Positions 27,320-38,398 of a DNA stretch of 58,203 nt are shown piece by piece; position 1 is the stretch's first letter, and each line of letters starts with the position of its first letter. The DNA is from Gammaproteobacteria bacterium (GTDB taxonomy: Bacteria; Pseudomonadota; Gammaproteobacteria; Steroidobacterales; Steroidobacteraceae), in assembly GCA_043746615.1 (NCBI GenBank), contig JAYTQR010000205.1:1-58203 (forward strand). The letters are read 5' to 3'. Under the pieces are notes generated by a model. That model was not told where the DNA came from, ran no database searches, and saw only the letters and a list, made by a program, of their open reading frames with translations. The translations under genes were made by a program, and so were the position numbers.

Positions 27320-28389
27320 CCCCAAAGGGACTTAAGCCGATCCAGCATCAAGCCGCGGACTTGCGGTAATTGATTGGCTCCGGCCGTAAACAGCGGCGGA
27401 TTGCGGCGCAGCATCGGCCATCGTTCGGTGCGCAACACGCGGTCCAAATAGCGCAGATTGCGGTCGATCGCCTCGATGTACGGATTTCTTCCGTAAAACA
27501 GCGGCTCGACATAGCGGTAAGCGTGCTCGAACTCGCCTTCCAGGCGATCAACCCGGGTGTTGTGCACGAACAGCGGCGTTTGCCGCAGCAAATCCACGCC
27601 CGAACTGTACTTGACCCACATCGCGCCGTCGCTGCCCGCGGCGGCCGCAATTCCGCCCAACACGAACTCCGGATAGAGCCGGTCACGGCATTTTTCGAGA
27701 TAGCAGCGATCCGCCATTTGCGCGATCAGATCGGCCGTGCCGAGCAGCTGGCCAAGCTTGCGATCGCGGCCGTCGGCTAAGCGGATCTCCGCGATCTTCA
27801 TCTCGTAGCCCGTAAAATGCACGATGCGGGTCGCGATCGGCACCCAGCTGTCCATGCCCACGCTAGGTAAGTAACGTGCGAGGAATCTAGCGCTGCGGGT
27901 CACGTGATACAGCGTGAACTCGGCGCCGTTCAAATGTTCGCGATCGTCGCACTCGCGTATGTAGCCGGCATCGTGAAACAATGAGGTGATCAGGGCCATG
28001 ACTGCGCGTTCGCCGCCCAGGCGCATCGCCGCATCCGCCACCCGCTCGTACCCCACCATCAGGCGCGCCATCGCCAGCGTCATGTCGAGCGAGTGCTGAC
28101 GGTCATGATAAACCGTGTCGACGCCGTGATATCCAGGCATGTTCCCGGTGAATAGCCGGTCGAATTCCTCGAAGGTCCGGGCGACGCGGTCGAAGGATGT
28201 GTCCCGCCACGTCGACTGGAACAATTCTCGGACTGCCGCGCAAACGGCCGCCGTGGAACTCACTTGGACGGAATTCGTGACGTCGTAATCGTTACGCCGA
28301 AGCTCGTGCATCTTGAAATTGTAAGCTGTTGACGCGTCCCGCGCCACGACCAGCACTCTCTTTGCGAGGCGACTCGCAGCGCCGCTCAA
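27316..28389 (-). CDS. HD domain-containing protein (putative metal-dependent phosphohydrolase)
   Basis: YHDRQHSLDM and SLFHDAGYI (H...HD) motifs. The TTG at 28389 overlaps the xthA stop (TTGA); an alternative ATG is at 28311. Confidence 0.7.
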   Translation of the reverse strand: MSGAASRLAKRVLVVARDASTAYNFKMHELRRNDYDVTNSVQVSSTAAVCAAVRELFQSTWRDTSFDRVARTFEEFDRLFTGNMPGYHGVDTVYHDRQHSLDMTLAMARLMVGYERVADAAMRLGGERAVMALITSLFHDAGYIRECDDREHLNGAEFTLYHVTRSARFLARYLPSVGMDSWVPIATRIVHFTGYEMKIAEIRLADGRDRKLGQLLGTADLIAQMADRCYLEKCRDRLYPEFVLGGIAAAAGSDGAMWVKYSSGVDLLRQTPLFVHNTRVDRLEGEFEHAYRYVEPLFYGRNPYIEAIDRNLRYLDRVLRTERWPMLRRNPPLFTAGANQLPQVRGLMLDRLKSLWG

Positions 28390-29159
28390 ATTAAGTCAAA
28401 GCCGGCGGCGCAAGGCGCATGATCCGATGGTCGCTGCCACGCGCGCGGCTCGCGATCGATGCGACAATATCTGCACCGCGCGGCCAACGCGCTCGAGGCG
28501 AGCAATAAGTCGATGCGCAGGCCATGATTGCGCCGGTAGGCGCCCTGTCGGTAATCCCACCACGTGAAGGACTGCGGTGGCTGCTGAAACAGCCGAAACA
28601 GGTCAATCAGGCCGAGCGCAGTCAGCTGCCCAAGCGCCGCACGCTCCGCCTGGCTCACGAGAACCCCTCCGGCCCAAGCCTGCGGGTCATGCACGTCGCG
28701 GTCCTCCGGGGCGACGTTGAAATCGCCCAACACGAGGACGCGCGGGTGCGTGGCTAGTTCGCCCAGAAGAAAGGCCGCTAATGCCTGCAGCCAAGCAAGT
28801 TTGTAGGCGTACTTTTCCGAGCCGAGCGCCTGGCCGTTCGGCACGTAGACGTTGATGACCCGCACACCGGCAACGGATGCCGCGAGTATACGCCGTTGAG
28901 GATCCGCCCAATTGGGCAGATCCGCGACCGCATCTTCGATCGGCGTGCGCGCCAGAATCGCCACGCCGTTGTAAGTCTTCTGCCCGCTGTACGCCACGCG
29001 GTAGCCCAAGGCCTCGATCTCGGCGCGGGGAAATTCGCTGTCGCTCGTTTTGGTTTCCTGGAGCGCGACGACGTCGATCTCGTTCGCGGCGAGCCACTGG
29101 CCAAGTTGCGGCTGGCGCACCCGCAGCGAATTGACATTCCAGGTCGCGATGCTGATCAT
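28386..29159 (-). CDS. xthA: exodeoxyribonuclease III
   Basis: MISIATWNVNSLRVR...DVVALQETK...GDFNVAP...SDHAP, canonical EEP/ExoIII motifs. Confidence 0.93.
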   Translation of the reverse strand: MISIATWNVNSLRVRQPQLGQWLAANEIDVVALQETKTSDSEFPRAEIEALGYRVAYSGQKTYNGVAILARTPIEDAVADLPNWADPQRRILAASVAGVRVINVYVPNGQALGSEKYAYKLAWLQALAAFLLGELATHPRVLVLGDFNVAPEDRDVHDPQAWAGGVLVSQAERAALGQLTALGLIDLFRLFQQPPQSFTWWDYRQGAYRRNHGLRIDLLLASSALAARCRYCRIDREPRAWQRPSDHAPCAAGFDLI

Positions 29160-29205
29160 CGATCAGCAGACCCTCACGCCGCTGGCGCCGGTGCGAGCGC
29201 GAGTC

Positions 29206-31224
29206 TCATGCGGCAATGCCGGTTTGCCGCAACAACGGGCGGATGTCCGGCCGCCGGCCGCGGAAACGGATGAATGCGTCCATCGCGTCGAGACTGCCGC
29301 CGCGCGCCAGGATCGAGTCGAGAAAGCGTGCGGCGGTCGCCGGATCGAAAACGCCGGCCGTCGCGAACGCCTCGAACGCATCCGCGGCCAGCACCTCGGC
29401 CCACTTATAGCTGTAATAGCCGGCCGCGTAGCCGCCGGCGAATATATGCGAAAAGCTCGCAGCCATCCGGTTGAATTCCGCCGCAGGAACGACCGCAACG
29501 CGCCGGCGAACGGCGGCGAGCGTATCGGCGACTCTGGTCTTCTGGGCGGGATCGTAGTTCGCATGCAATTGGAAATCGAAGGCCGCCAGTTCGATTTGCC
29601 GCAGCGTCGCGAGTGCCGCGTTGAACGTGCGCGTGCCGAGTAATTGTTGCAATAGCGGTGCCGGCAAGGGGTCGCCGCTGTCGACGTGTGCCGAAATGAG
29701 CGGCAGGACCTCCGGACGCCAAACGAAGTTCTCCATGAATTGGCTCGGTAGTTCCACCGCGTCCCAAGCGACGCCGTTGATGCCCGCAATGCTGGGATAG
29801 GCCACGCGCGTCAACATGTGATGCAGACCGTGACCGAATTCATGGAACAGCGTCGTCACCTCCTCGTGGGTCAACAGCGACGGCGCCGCTCCGACCGGCT
29901 TGGAAAAATTACAGACCAGGTACGCGATCGGCAGCGAACATTCCAGCGGCAACGTCTTGCCGATAACGCACTCGTCCATCCACGCGCCGCTGCGCTTTTC
30001 GGCGCGTGAGTAGGGATCGAGGTAGAAGCCGGCGACGGTTCGGCCGGTACTATCCTCCAGGTCGTAATAGCGGACGCCGGCTTGCCAAACGGGAACATCC
30101 GCACGTTCGCGCGCACTGATGCCGTACAGCCGCTCGGTCAGCGTGAACAATCCGCCAAGCACCTTCGGTAACGGAAAATATGGCCGCAGTTCCTCTTGCG
30201 AGACGTGGAAACGACTCTCCTTGAGCTTTTCCGCGAAGAAGGCCAGATCCCAGGCGTTCAGAGCGCGGGCCGCGAATTGTTCAAGTTCGGCGAACTCGCG
30301 CAGTGCGGCTGCGCGGCAATGGCGTGCCAAGTCGTCCAAAAAACCGAATACTTCGCGCGCATCCTTCGCCATGCGCGTTGCGAGCGCGTAGTCCGCAAAC
30401 GTTTTGTAACCCAGCAGTTGTGCCTGCTCGTGGCGCAGGTCCAGGATCTTTGCAATCAACGGCGTGTTGTCGAAGCGGCCCGCGCTCGGGCCCAGCTCCG
30501 ATGCGCGGGTGATCCAGGCTTCGTAAATATCGCGCCGCAGTTGGGCGTTCTCGGCCGACGACATGACCGCGAGGTACGTGGGCTGATCCAGCTTGAACAG
30601 CCACCCCTGCTGCCGCGCCTCGCTCGCGTCGGCCGCGGCGCGCGCGACGACTTGCGGCGGCAATCCGCCGAGCTCCGTTACCGCGCTCACGGTGCGTGTA
30701 TAGGCGCGTGCCGCGTCCAGCACATTTTCGGAAAATTTCGAGCCAAGACGGGCGAGCTGCTGCAGCACCTCGCGCAAGCGCGCCTGGCGTTCGCCCGGCA
30801 AACCGACGCCGGCTAGGCGGAAATCCCGCAGCGCATTCTCGACCAGTTTGCGCTGCTCCGCATCCAGCGTGTGTTCCTCCTTCTCCAGGACAAGAGCGTA
30901 CGCCGCGTATAACGCTGCGTTCTGTCCCAGCTCGGCGCTGTAGGCCGTCAGCAACGGAATGCATTCGTTGTATGCCGCACGCATTTCAGCCGAGTTCGCG
31001 ACGCCATTCAGGTGTGCGATGGGACTCCATACCCGCGCCAGCCGATGGCTCAACTCCTCGGCCGGCACGACCAGAGTCGCGAAAGTCGGCGCGGTTTGCG
31101 CCGCCAAGGACGCGAGGGCCGTCCGGCTTTCGGCGAGCACTTGCTCGAGCGCCGGCCGCGCATGCTCGGCCTTGATGCGGTCAAACGCGGGCTGGGCGCC
31201 AGCTTCCAACAGGGGATTGTTCAC
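29206..31224 (-). CDS. prlC: oligopeptidase A (M3 family metallopeptidase)
   Basis: 672 aa. HEFGHGLHH zinc motif and M3 family similarity throughout. Confidence 0.92.
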   Translation of the reverse strand: MNNPLLEAGAQPAFDRIKAEHARPALEQVLAESRTALASLAAQTAPTFATLVVPAEELSHRLARVWSPIAHLNGVANSAEMRAAYNECIPLLTAYSAELGQNAALYAAYALVLEKEEHTLDAEQRKLVENALRDFRLAGVGLPGERQARLREVLQQLARLGSKFSENVLDAARAYTRTVSAVTELGGLPPQVVARAAADASEARQQGWLFKLDQPTYLAVMSSAENAQLRRDIYEAWITRASELGPSAGRFDNTPLIAKILDLRHEQAQLLGYKTFADYALATRMAKDAREVFGFLDDLARHCRAAALREFAELEQFAARALNAWDLAFFAEKLKESRFHVSQEELRPYFPLPKVLGGLFTLTERLYGISARERADVPVWQAGVRYYDLEDSTGRTVAGFYLDPYSRAEKRSGAWMDECVIGKTLPLECSLPIAYLVCNFSKPVGAAPSLLTHEEVTTLFHEFGHGLHHMLTRVAYPSIAGINGVAWDAVELPSQFMENFVWRPEVLPLISAHVDSGDPLPAPLLQQLLGTRTFNAALATLRQIELAAFDFQLHANYDPAQKTRVADTLAAVRRRVAVVPAAEFNRMAASFSHIFAGGYAAGYYSYKWAEVLAADAFEAFATAGVFDPATAARFLDSILARGGSLDAMDAFIRFRGRRPDIRPLLRQTGIAA

Positions 31225-31414
31225 TGTCGCATTCTAACAGACACGCTGCGCGCAGCCGGCGCGGCGGAACCCGCCGCTCGTTGGCGCGCTCGGCGGTTGT
31301 CCGCGGCGCTCGCCGCGCTGTACGTGGCGCCCGCGCGCCTTGAGCTGCACGCCGCCGTCCGACCAGGCGACCTTGACGGTCCGCGCAGCGACATGAACTC
31401 GTTGCGGTATATCA

Positions 31415-31440
31415 TCGAGCATTCACGTCGAGCATTCACG
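31415..31440. repeat. perfect tandem duplication of a 13-bp unit TCGAGCATTCACG x2
   Basis: Read directly: 31415-31427 and 31428-31440 are identical. It lies 23 nt upstream of the gor GTG start. Confidence 0.9.
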
Positions 31441-31462
31441 CACTTTTAGCACGAGGTTTACC

Positions 31463-32812
31463 GTGTCGGAACAATCCTTCGATCTGATCGCCGTTGGCGG
31501 CGGTAGCGGCGGCCTCGCCTGCGCCCAGCGTGCGGCGGAGTGCGGCGCCAAGGCGGCGGTGATCGAAGTGCATCGGTTGGGCGGAACGTGCGTCAATGTG
31601 GGCTGCGTCCCGAAGAAGGTGATGTGGAACGCGGCCGGTATTGCCGGCGCGCTGGAAGACGCCGCCAACTACGGTTTTGAGGCCGCACGCGGCGCGCACG
31701 ATTGGCAGACCTTGAAGGGCAAGCGCGACGGCTATGTGGCCCGTCTCAACGCGATCTACGAGCGCAATCTCGCGGCCAGAGGCGTCGAATACGTGGCCGG
31801 ATCGGCGCGATTTCTCGATGCCCGCACGGTCGAGGTGAACGGGCGTCCGTTGACGGCACGTCACATCGTCATCGCGACCGGCGCGAAACCTAAGTTGCCG
31901 GCGCTTCCCGGGGCCGAATACGGCATCACGTCGGACGGCTTTTTCGCGCTCGATGTGCGACCGCGGCGCGTGGCCGTCGTCGGTGGCGGCTACGTCGCCT
32001 GCGAACTTGCTGGTGCATTTCATCGCTTGGGCTGCGAGGTGCAGATATTCATTCGCAAAGCCCAAGTATTGAGCCTGTTCGATGCGATGCTGGGGGAATC
32101 CTTGATGCGGGAAATGCGGGCCGAGGGCATCGTCATTCACGAACAGGTGATACCCGCCGCGGTCCGCCAACAGGACGGATCGGCGACGCTGCTGGCGGCC
32201 GACGGGCGCAGCTTCGCAGGATTCGATTGTTTGCTGTGGGCGGTTGGGCGCAGCGCCAATCTGGATGGTCTCGGGGTGGAGCGAACCGGCGTCGCGATCG
32301 ATAAAAACGGCTTCGTCGTCACCGACGCGTTTCAAGACACCAGCGTGGCGGGCGTGCATGCAGTCGGCGACGTCACCGGACGCGCCGCACTGACGCCGGT
32401 GGCGATCGCCGCCGGCCGGCGCCTCAGCGACCGCCTGTTCGGCGGCCAGCACGGCCGGTACCTGGATTACAAGCTGATCCCGACCGTCGTCTTCACCCAT
32501 CCGCCGATCGCCACCGTCGGATCGAGCGAAGCCGAGGCGCGCGCGCGCTACGGCGACGCCGTCAAGGCGTATGTGAGCGATTTCGTCGGAATGTATCACG
32601 CCGTGACGGATCGCAAGCCGCGTACCGACATGAAACTCGTCTGTTTAGGGGCGCAGGAGAAGGTCATTGGCTGTCATGTCATCGGCGACGGCGCGGATGA
32701 GATGCTGCAGGGCTTCGCGGTCGCGATGCGTATGGGTGCGACCAAACGCGATTTCGACGACACTGTGGCAATCCATCCGACCAGCGCCGAAGAACTCGTC
32801 ACGATGCGTTGA
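31463..32812 (+). CDS. gor: glutathione-disulfide reductase
   Basis: [30 protein letters not shown]...[14 protein letters not shown] redox-active disulfide motif and C-terminal HPTSAEE dimerisation motif. 449 aa. Confidence 0.92.
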   Translation: MSEQSFDLIAVGGGSGGLACAQRAAECGAKAAVIEVHRLGGTCVNVGCVPKKVMWNAAGIAGALEDAANYGFEAARGAHDWQTLKGKRDGYVARLNAIYERNLAARGVEYVAGSARFLDARTVEVNGRPLTARHIVIATGAKPKLPALPGAEYGITSDGFFALDVRPRRVAVVGGGYVACELAGAFHRLGCEVQIFIRKAQVLSLFDAMLGESLMREMRAEGIVIHEQVIPAAVRQQDGSATLLAADGRSFAGFDCLLWAVGRSANLDGLGVERTGVAIDKNGFVVTDAFQDTSVAGVHAVGDVTGRAALTPVAIAAGRRLSDRLFGGQHGRYLDYKLIPTVVFTHPPIATVGSSEAEARARYGDAVKAYVSDFVGMYHAVTDRKPRTDMKLVCLGAQEKVIGCHVIGDGADEMLQGFAVAMRMGATKRDFDDTVAIHPTSAEELVTMR

Positions 32813-32936
32813 AGGCGCAGCACGAACCGCGGCTATCGAGGCGAAAGTCGGCGGCTCGGTGACCGCGGCCCAGTTGATCTGGTCGAGGTCGACGCGCGCA
32901 GCAATATTCAAGACGGCGGCGTGCCGCAGGCCGCGC

Positions 32937-34900
<1,964 letters not shown>

Positions 34901-34928
34901 TTATATTACGCCGGGTGCGAATTTAATC

Positions 34929-35459
34929 ATGAACGACCAGATCGGCGGAAACCATGAGCGCGCACGCTTTGATGCGCTGTGCCGATCGTTGCGGCCGGAT
35001 CTGCTGCGTTTCGCACTTTGGCTGTCCCGCGATCGGGCCGTGGCGGAGGATGTGGTGCAGGAGACGCTGTTGCGCGCCTGGAAAGCACACGCTGCGCTGC
35101 AGGACCAAGCGGCAGCGAAACCCTGGTTATTGACGATCGTCCGCCGTGAGTACGCGCGTACCTTCGAGCGCAAGCGCTTCGCGACCGTGAATATCGACGA
35201 GCTGATCGCCAGCGAAAACCAAAGTCTGACAGCCGCCGCCGCCGATGCCGATCTCGCGCAGTTGCGCCGCGCGCTGTTCAAAATGCCCGACGAGTACCGC
35301 GAACCGCTCGTACTGCAAGTGCTGATGGGCTGTTCGACCGCGGAGATCGCCCGCCAAATGGGGCTGTCGAAAGCGGCGGTGCTGACGCGCCTGTTCCGTG
35401 CACGCCGGCAATTGCGCGTCCTGTGCGGCGAAGACACATCGATGGACCCGGACGAATGA
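34929..35459 (+). CDS. ECF-type RNA polymerase sigma factor
   Basis: ATG at 34929. Region 2 DVVQETLLRAW and region 4 REPLVLQVLMGCSTAEIARQMGLSKAAVLTRLFRARRQL. Confidence 0.88.
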   Translation: MNDQIGGNHERARFDALCRSLRPDLLRFALWLSRDRAVAEDVVQETLLRAWKAHAALQDQAAAKPWLLTIVRREYARTFERKRFATVNIDELIASENQSLTAAAADADLAQLRRALFKMPDEYREPLVLQVLMGCSTAEIARQMGLSKAAVLTRLFRARRQLRVLCGEDTSMDPDE

Positions 35460-36166
35460 TCGATTGCACGCAATACCGACGCTCGCAGCTGGCTGCTCCG
35501 CAGGAGATGCCGGTCGATGTGCGTGCCCACGGCGAACAATGTCCGGAGTGCACCGAGTTCACACGGCGTCTGCTGGGCTTCGAAGCGCGGCTCGCGCGTG
35601 CCGTGCGCTTGACCGCCGAGGCGGCACCGATCCGCCGCTCGCGGCGGCCGCGGCCGCTGCGGCACTTGCGCGGCGATCGCGGCTGGCTGGCGCTCGCCGC
35701 GAGCATGCTGCTCGGCGTCGGATTTGCCGCGGTGCTCTGGCTTGCCGCGCCGCGCCCGACGCTCGCCGAGGCCCTCGTCGCGCACATGGCCGGAGAGCCG
35801 CAGGCTTGGCGGCGTACCGACGTGCCGGTGCCGGAGCCGAGACTGAGCGGGGTCTTGCGCGACGCGCACGTGCAACTGTCGTCGCGCGCCGGGCTGGTGA
35901 CGTATGCCAACAGCTGCCGGTTCCGCGGACACCGGGTGCCGCATTTCGTCGTACAGAGCGACCGCGGACCGGTGACGGTCATGGTTCTGGTGCACGAGTC
36001 GGTAAGAGCTGCGGTGCATTTCGACGAGCAGGGCTATCGCGGCGTCATCGTGCCGGTGCCGGGTCATGGCGCGATCGCCGTGTTGACCCACGGCGGCGCC
36101 GACGACGCGAAGACGGTTGCGCAAATTGCCGAGCGGCTTGTGAACGCTATCGTTTGGACGGCCTGA
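35456..36166 (+). CDS. putative anti-sigma factor (zinc-finger-like N-terminus, one TM; DUF3379-like)
   Basis: ATGA overlap with the sigma gene. N-terminal C...H...C..C (MIDCTQYRR...HGEQCPEC), a central TM segment (LALAASMLLGVGFAAVLWLAA) and a C-terminal domain. Confidence 0.65.
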   Translation: MIDCTQYRRSQLAAPQEMPVDVRAHGEQCPECTEFTRRLLGFEARLARAVRLTAEAAPIRRSRRPRPLRHLRGDRGWLALAASMLLGVGFAAVLWLAAPRPTLAEALVAHMAGEPQAWRRTDVPVPEPRLSGVLRDAHVQLSSRAGLVTYANSCRFRGHRVPHFVVQSDRGPVTVMVLVHESVRAAVHFDEQGYRGVIVPVPGHGAIAVLTHGGADDAKTVAQIAERLVNAIVWTA

Positions 36167-36174
36167 CCGCCCGG

Positions 36175-36465
36175 CTAAAGCCCGACATTGCCGAGCAAAT
36201 CGACGAACCGGCGAATGCTTGCCGCGAGCGACTGATGCTCGGCTTCGAAGCGCACGGCGATCTCCTCGAGCCGATCGGCAACGGCTGCGCCGGCGGCCGC
36301 GTCCGTCGCCGCGCCGCCGGCCGCGGCTGCCGGCTCATCGATCAGCCGCCGGATGTCGTTCATCACGTCGCCCAGCCGCTCGCGGACTTGCGGGTCGACC
36401 TGACGCGCATCCGCAAGTTCCGTATGCAGCTTCGCCAATTGGTGTTGCAACATTTTTAAATCCAT
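36175..36465 (-). CDS. DUF4404 family protein
   Basis: 96 aa. ...LHTELADARQVDPQVRERLGDVMNDIRRLI...HQSLAASIRRFVDLLGNVGL resembles DUF4404. Confidence 0.6.
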   Translation of the reverse strand: MDLKMLQHQLAKLHTELADARQVDPQVRERLGDVMNDIRRLIDEPAAAAGGAATDAAAGAAVADRLEEIAVRFEAEHQSLAASIRRFVDLLGNVGL

Positions 36466-36510
36466 GCATCGTTCCTCGAGCGAGCGTGTCAGCGCGGGCC
36501 GGCGCCCTCC

Positions 36511-37359
36511 TCATTGTGCCATTCGTTCCGGCGTCAGGCGGGCGACTTCTACGTAGCCGGCTCCGGGCGTCGCGATGCGGCGGTGAACCGCCACATAGGC
36601 CTCGCGCAGGTAGTCGTCAGCTCCGTAAGGCGGATTCGCGATTATGAGCCCGCTGCCGGCAAGGCCGACGCCCGCATCGTCGGGGTGAATCGCCAGATCG
36701 GCAACGAGCAATTTCGGAATGTCCAAGGCCACAAAGCGCGCGTGCACGCTGCGGCGCTGCGCGGCGCTGCGAATCGGATACCAGATCAGAAAGATCCCGT
36801 TCGGCCAACGCCGATAGGCGTCGCCGAAGGCCTGCAGCATCGTCTTCAATTCATCGAGGCTTTCATAGGGCGGGTCGATCAACACCAGCCCGCGGCGCTC
36901 CTGCGGCGGCAAGTGCGCCTTCAGCGCCGTGTAACCGTCGCCGATTTCGCAGCGAATCCGTCCGATGGAATCGATGTCGCGCCCCGCGGCGCGGGCCTCG
37001 GCCGGCATCAGTTCCACGAGAACCGCGCGGTCTTGCGCGCGCAGCGCCGCGGCGATCAGCGCCGGCGACCCCGGGTAGCGCGGCAGACGCTTATTCTTGC
37101 GGGCTCGAATCGCCGCGAAGTATTCGCGCAGCGCCGCCTCCTCCAGACCGTTGGCGAGGAGCCGCTGCACGCCGCGTTCCGCCTCGCCGGATTGCCGCGC
37201 TTCCGGCGCCTGCAGATCGTAGCAGCCGCGTCCGGCATGGCTGTCCAGGGAAAAAAAGCCGCTTTCCTTGCGTTTCAGCGCGTTCAGGCAAAAAACCAAT
37301 CCGACGTGCTTCGCAACATCCGCAAAATTACCGGCGTGATAGATGTGCTTGTAGTTCAT
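36511..37359 (-). CDS. rlmJ: 23S rRNA (adenine2030-N6)-methyltransferase
   Basis: MNYKHIYHAGNFADVAKH... and IDPPYE motif. 282 aa. Confidence 0.9.
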   Translation of the reverse strand: MNYKHIYHAGNFADVAKHVGLVFCLNALKRKESGFFSLDSHAGRGCYDLQAPEARQSGEAERGVQRLLANGLEEAALREYFAAIRARKNKRLPRYPGSPALIAAALRAQDRAVLVELMPAEARAAGRDIDSIGRIRCEIGDGYTALKAHLPPQERRGLVLIDPPYESLDELKTMLQAFGDAYRRWPNGIFLIWYPIRSAAQRRSVHARFVALDIPKLLVADLAIHPDDAGVGLAGSGLIIANPPYGADDYLREAYVAVHRRIATPGAGYVEVARLTPERMAQ

Positions 37360-37415
37360 GCCGGCCGGTATTGTGCGCCGATTGCGACCGACGCGCCGCG
37401 GGCGGCGCCACGGTT

Positions 37416-38363
37416 TCAGACAAGCTCGGTCAGGTAGTCCCTGGGCTTCAGAAAACCCTCATACAGGCGCGCCTCGGGCGTGCCCGCCTGGGGCTGCCAG
37501 TCGTACTCCCAGCGCACTCGCGGCGGCAGGGACATCAAGATCGATTCGGTTCGGCCTTTGGACTGCAGTCCGAACAGCGTGCCGCGGTCGTAAAGCAGAT
37601 TGAACTCCACGTAGCGGCCGCGCCGAAAAAGCTGAAACTCGCGTTGCCGTTCGCCGTAAGGATGGGATTTCCGCCGCTCCAAGATCGGCATGTAGGCCGG
37701 CATGAAATGATCGCCGACGCTTTGCAACAGGCCGAAGCAATGGTCGAAGCCGCCTGCGTTTAGATCGTCGAAAAACAAGCCGCCGACACCGCGCGTTTCG
37801 GCCCGGTGCGGCAGGAAAAAATAGCGGTCGCACCAGTCCTTGTATTTTTGATAGACGCCGGCGCCGAACGGCAGACAGGCGGCACGCGCCGTTCTGTGCC
37901 AATGCAAGACGTCCGCGTCGAACGGGTAATAAGGGGTGAGGTCGAAACCGCCGCCGAACCACCAGACCGCCGGGCCTCCGGCCGGCGCGGCGATCAGAAA
38001 GCGCACGTTCGCATGCGTCGTCGGTGCGTACGGATTGCGCGGATGGAACACGGCAGACAATCCCATCGCCTCGTACGGCGCACCGGCGACCTGCGGGTGC
38101 GCATGCGAGGCGGACGGCGGCATTTGGTCGCCGAAGACGTGCGAAAAGCCGATGCCCGCGCGCTCGAACACGCTGCCGTCGCTGAGGATGCGGCTTTCGC
38201 CGCCGCCGCCTTCCGGCCGCTGCCAGGTGTCGCGCACGATTTTCGCCGTATCCACCGCCGCCACGGCGGCCGTGATGCGATCGTGCAAATCATTCAGGTA
38301 AGTTTTGACGGCGGCCCCGGCAGCCCTAGCATCCCGAATGACGGAACTGCTTAGTACATTCAT
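37416..38363 (-). CDS. hemF: oxygen-dependent coproporphyrinogen III oxidase
   Basis: ATG at 38363. GGGESR, FEKAGIGFS-like ([11 protein letters not shown]), [14 protein letters not shown] and [16 protein letters not shown] motifs. Confidence 0.93.
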   Translation of the reverse strand: MNVLSSSVIRDARAAGAAVKTYLNDLHDRITAAVAAVDTAKIVRDTWQRPEGGGGESRILSDGSVFERAGIGFSHVFGDQMPPSASHAHPQVAGAPYEAMGLSAVFHPRNPYAPTTHANVRFLIAAPAGGPAVWWFGGGFDLTPYYPFDADVLHWHRTARAACLPFGAGVYQKYKDWCDRYFFLPHRAETRGVGGLFFDDLNAGGFDHCFGLLQSVGDHFMPAYMPILERRKSHPYGERQREFQLFRRGRYVEFNLLYDRGTLFGLQSKGRTESILMSLPPRVRWEYDWQPQAGTPEARLYEGFLKPRDYLTELV

Positions 38364-38398
38364 GGACGGTTTTGCACGCAGCTGCCTGGTCACGCCGG

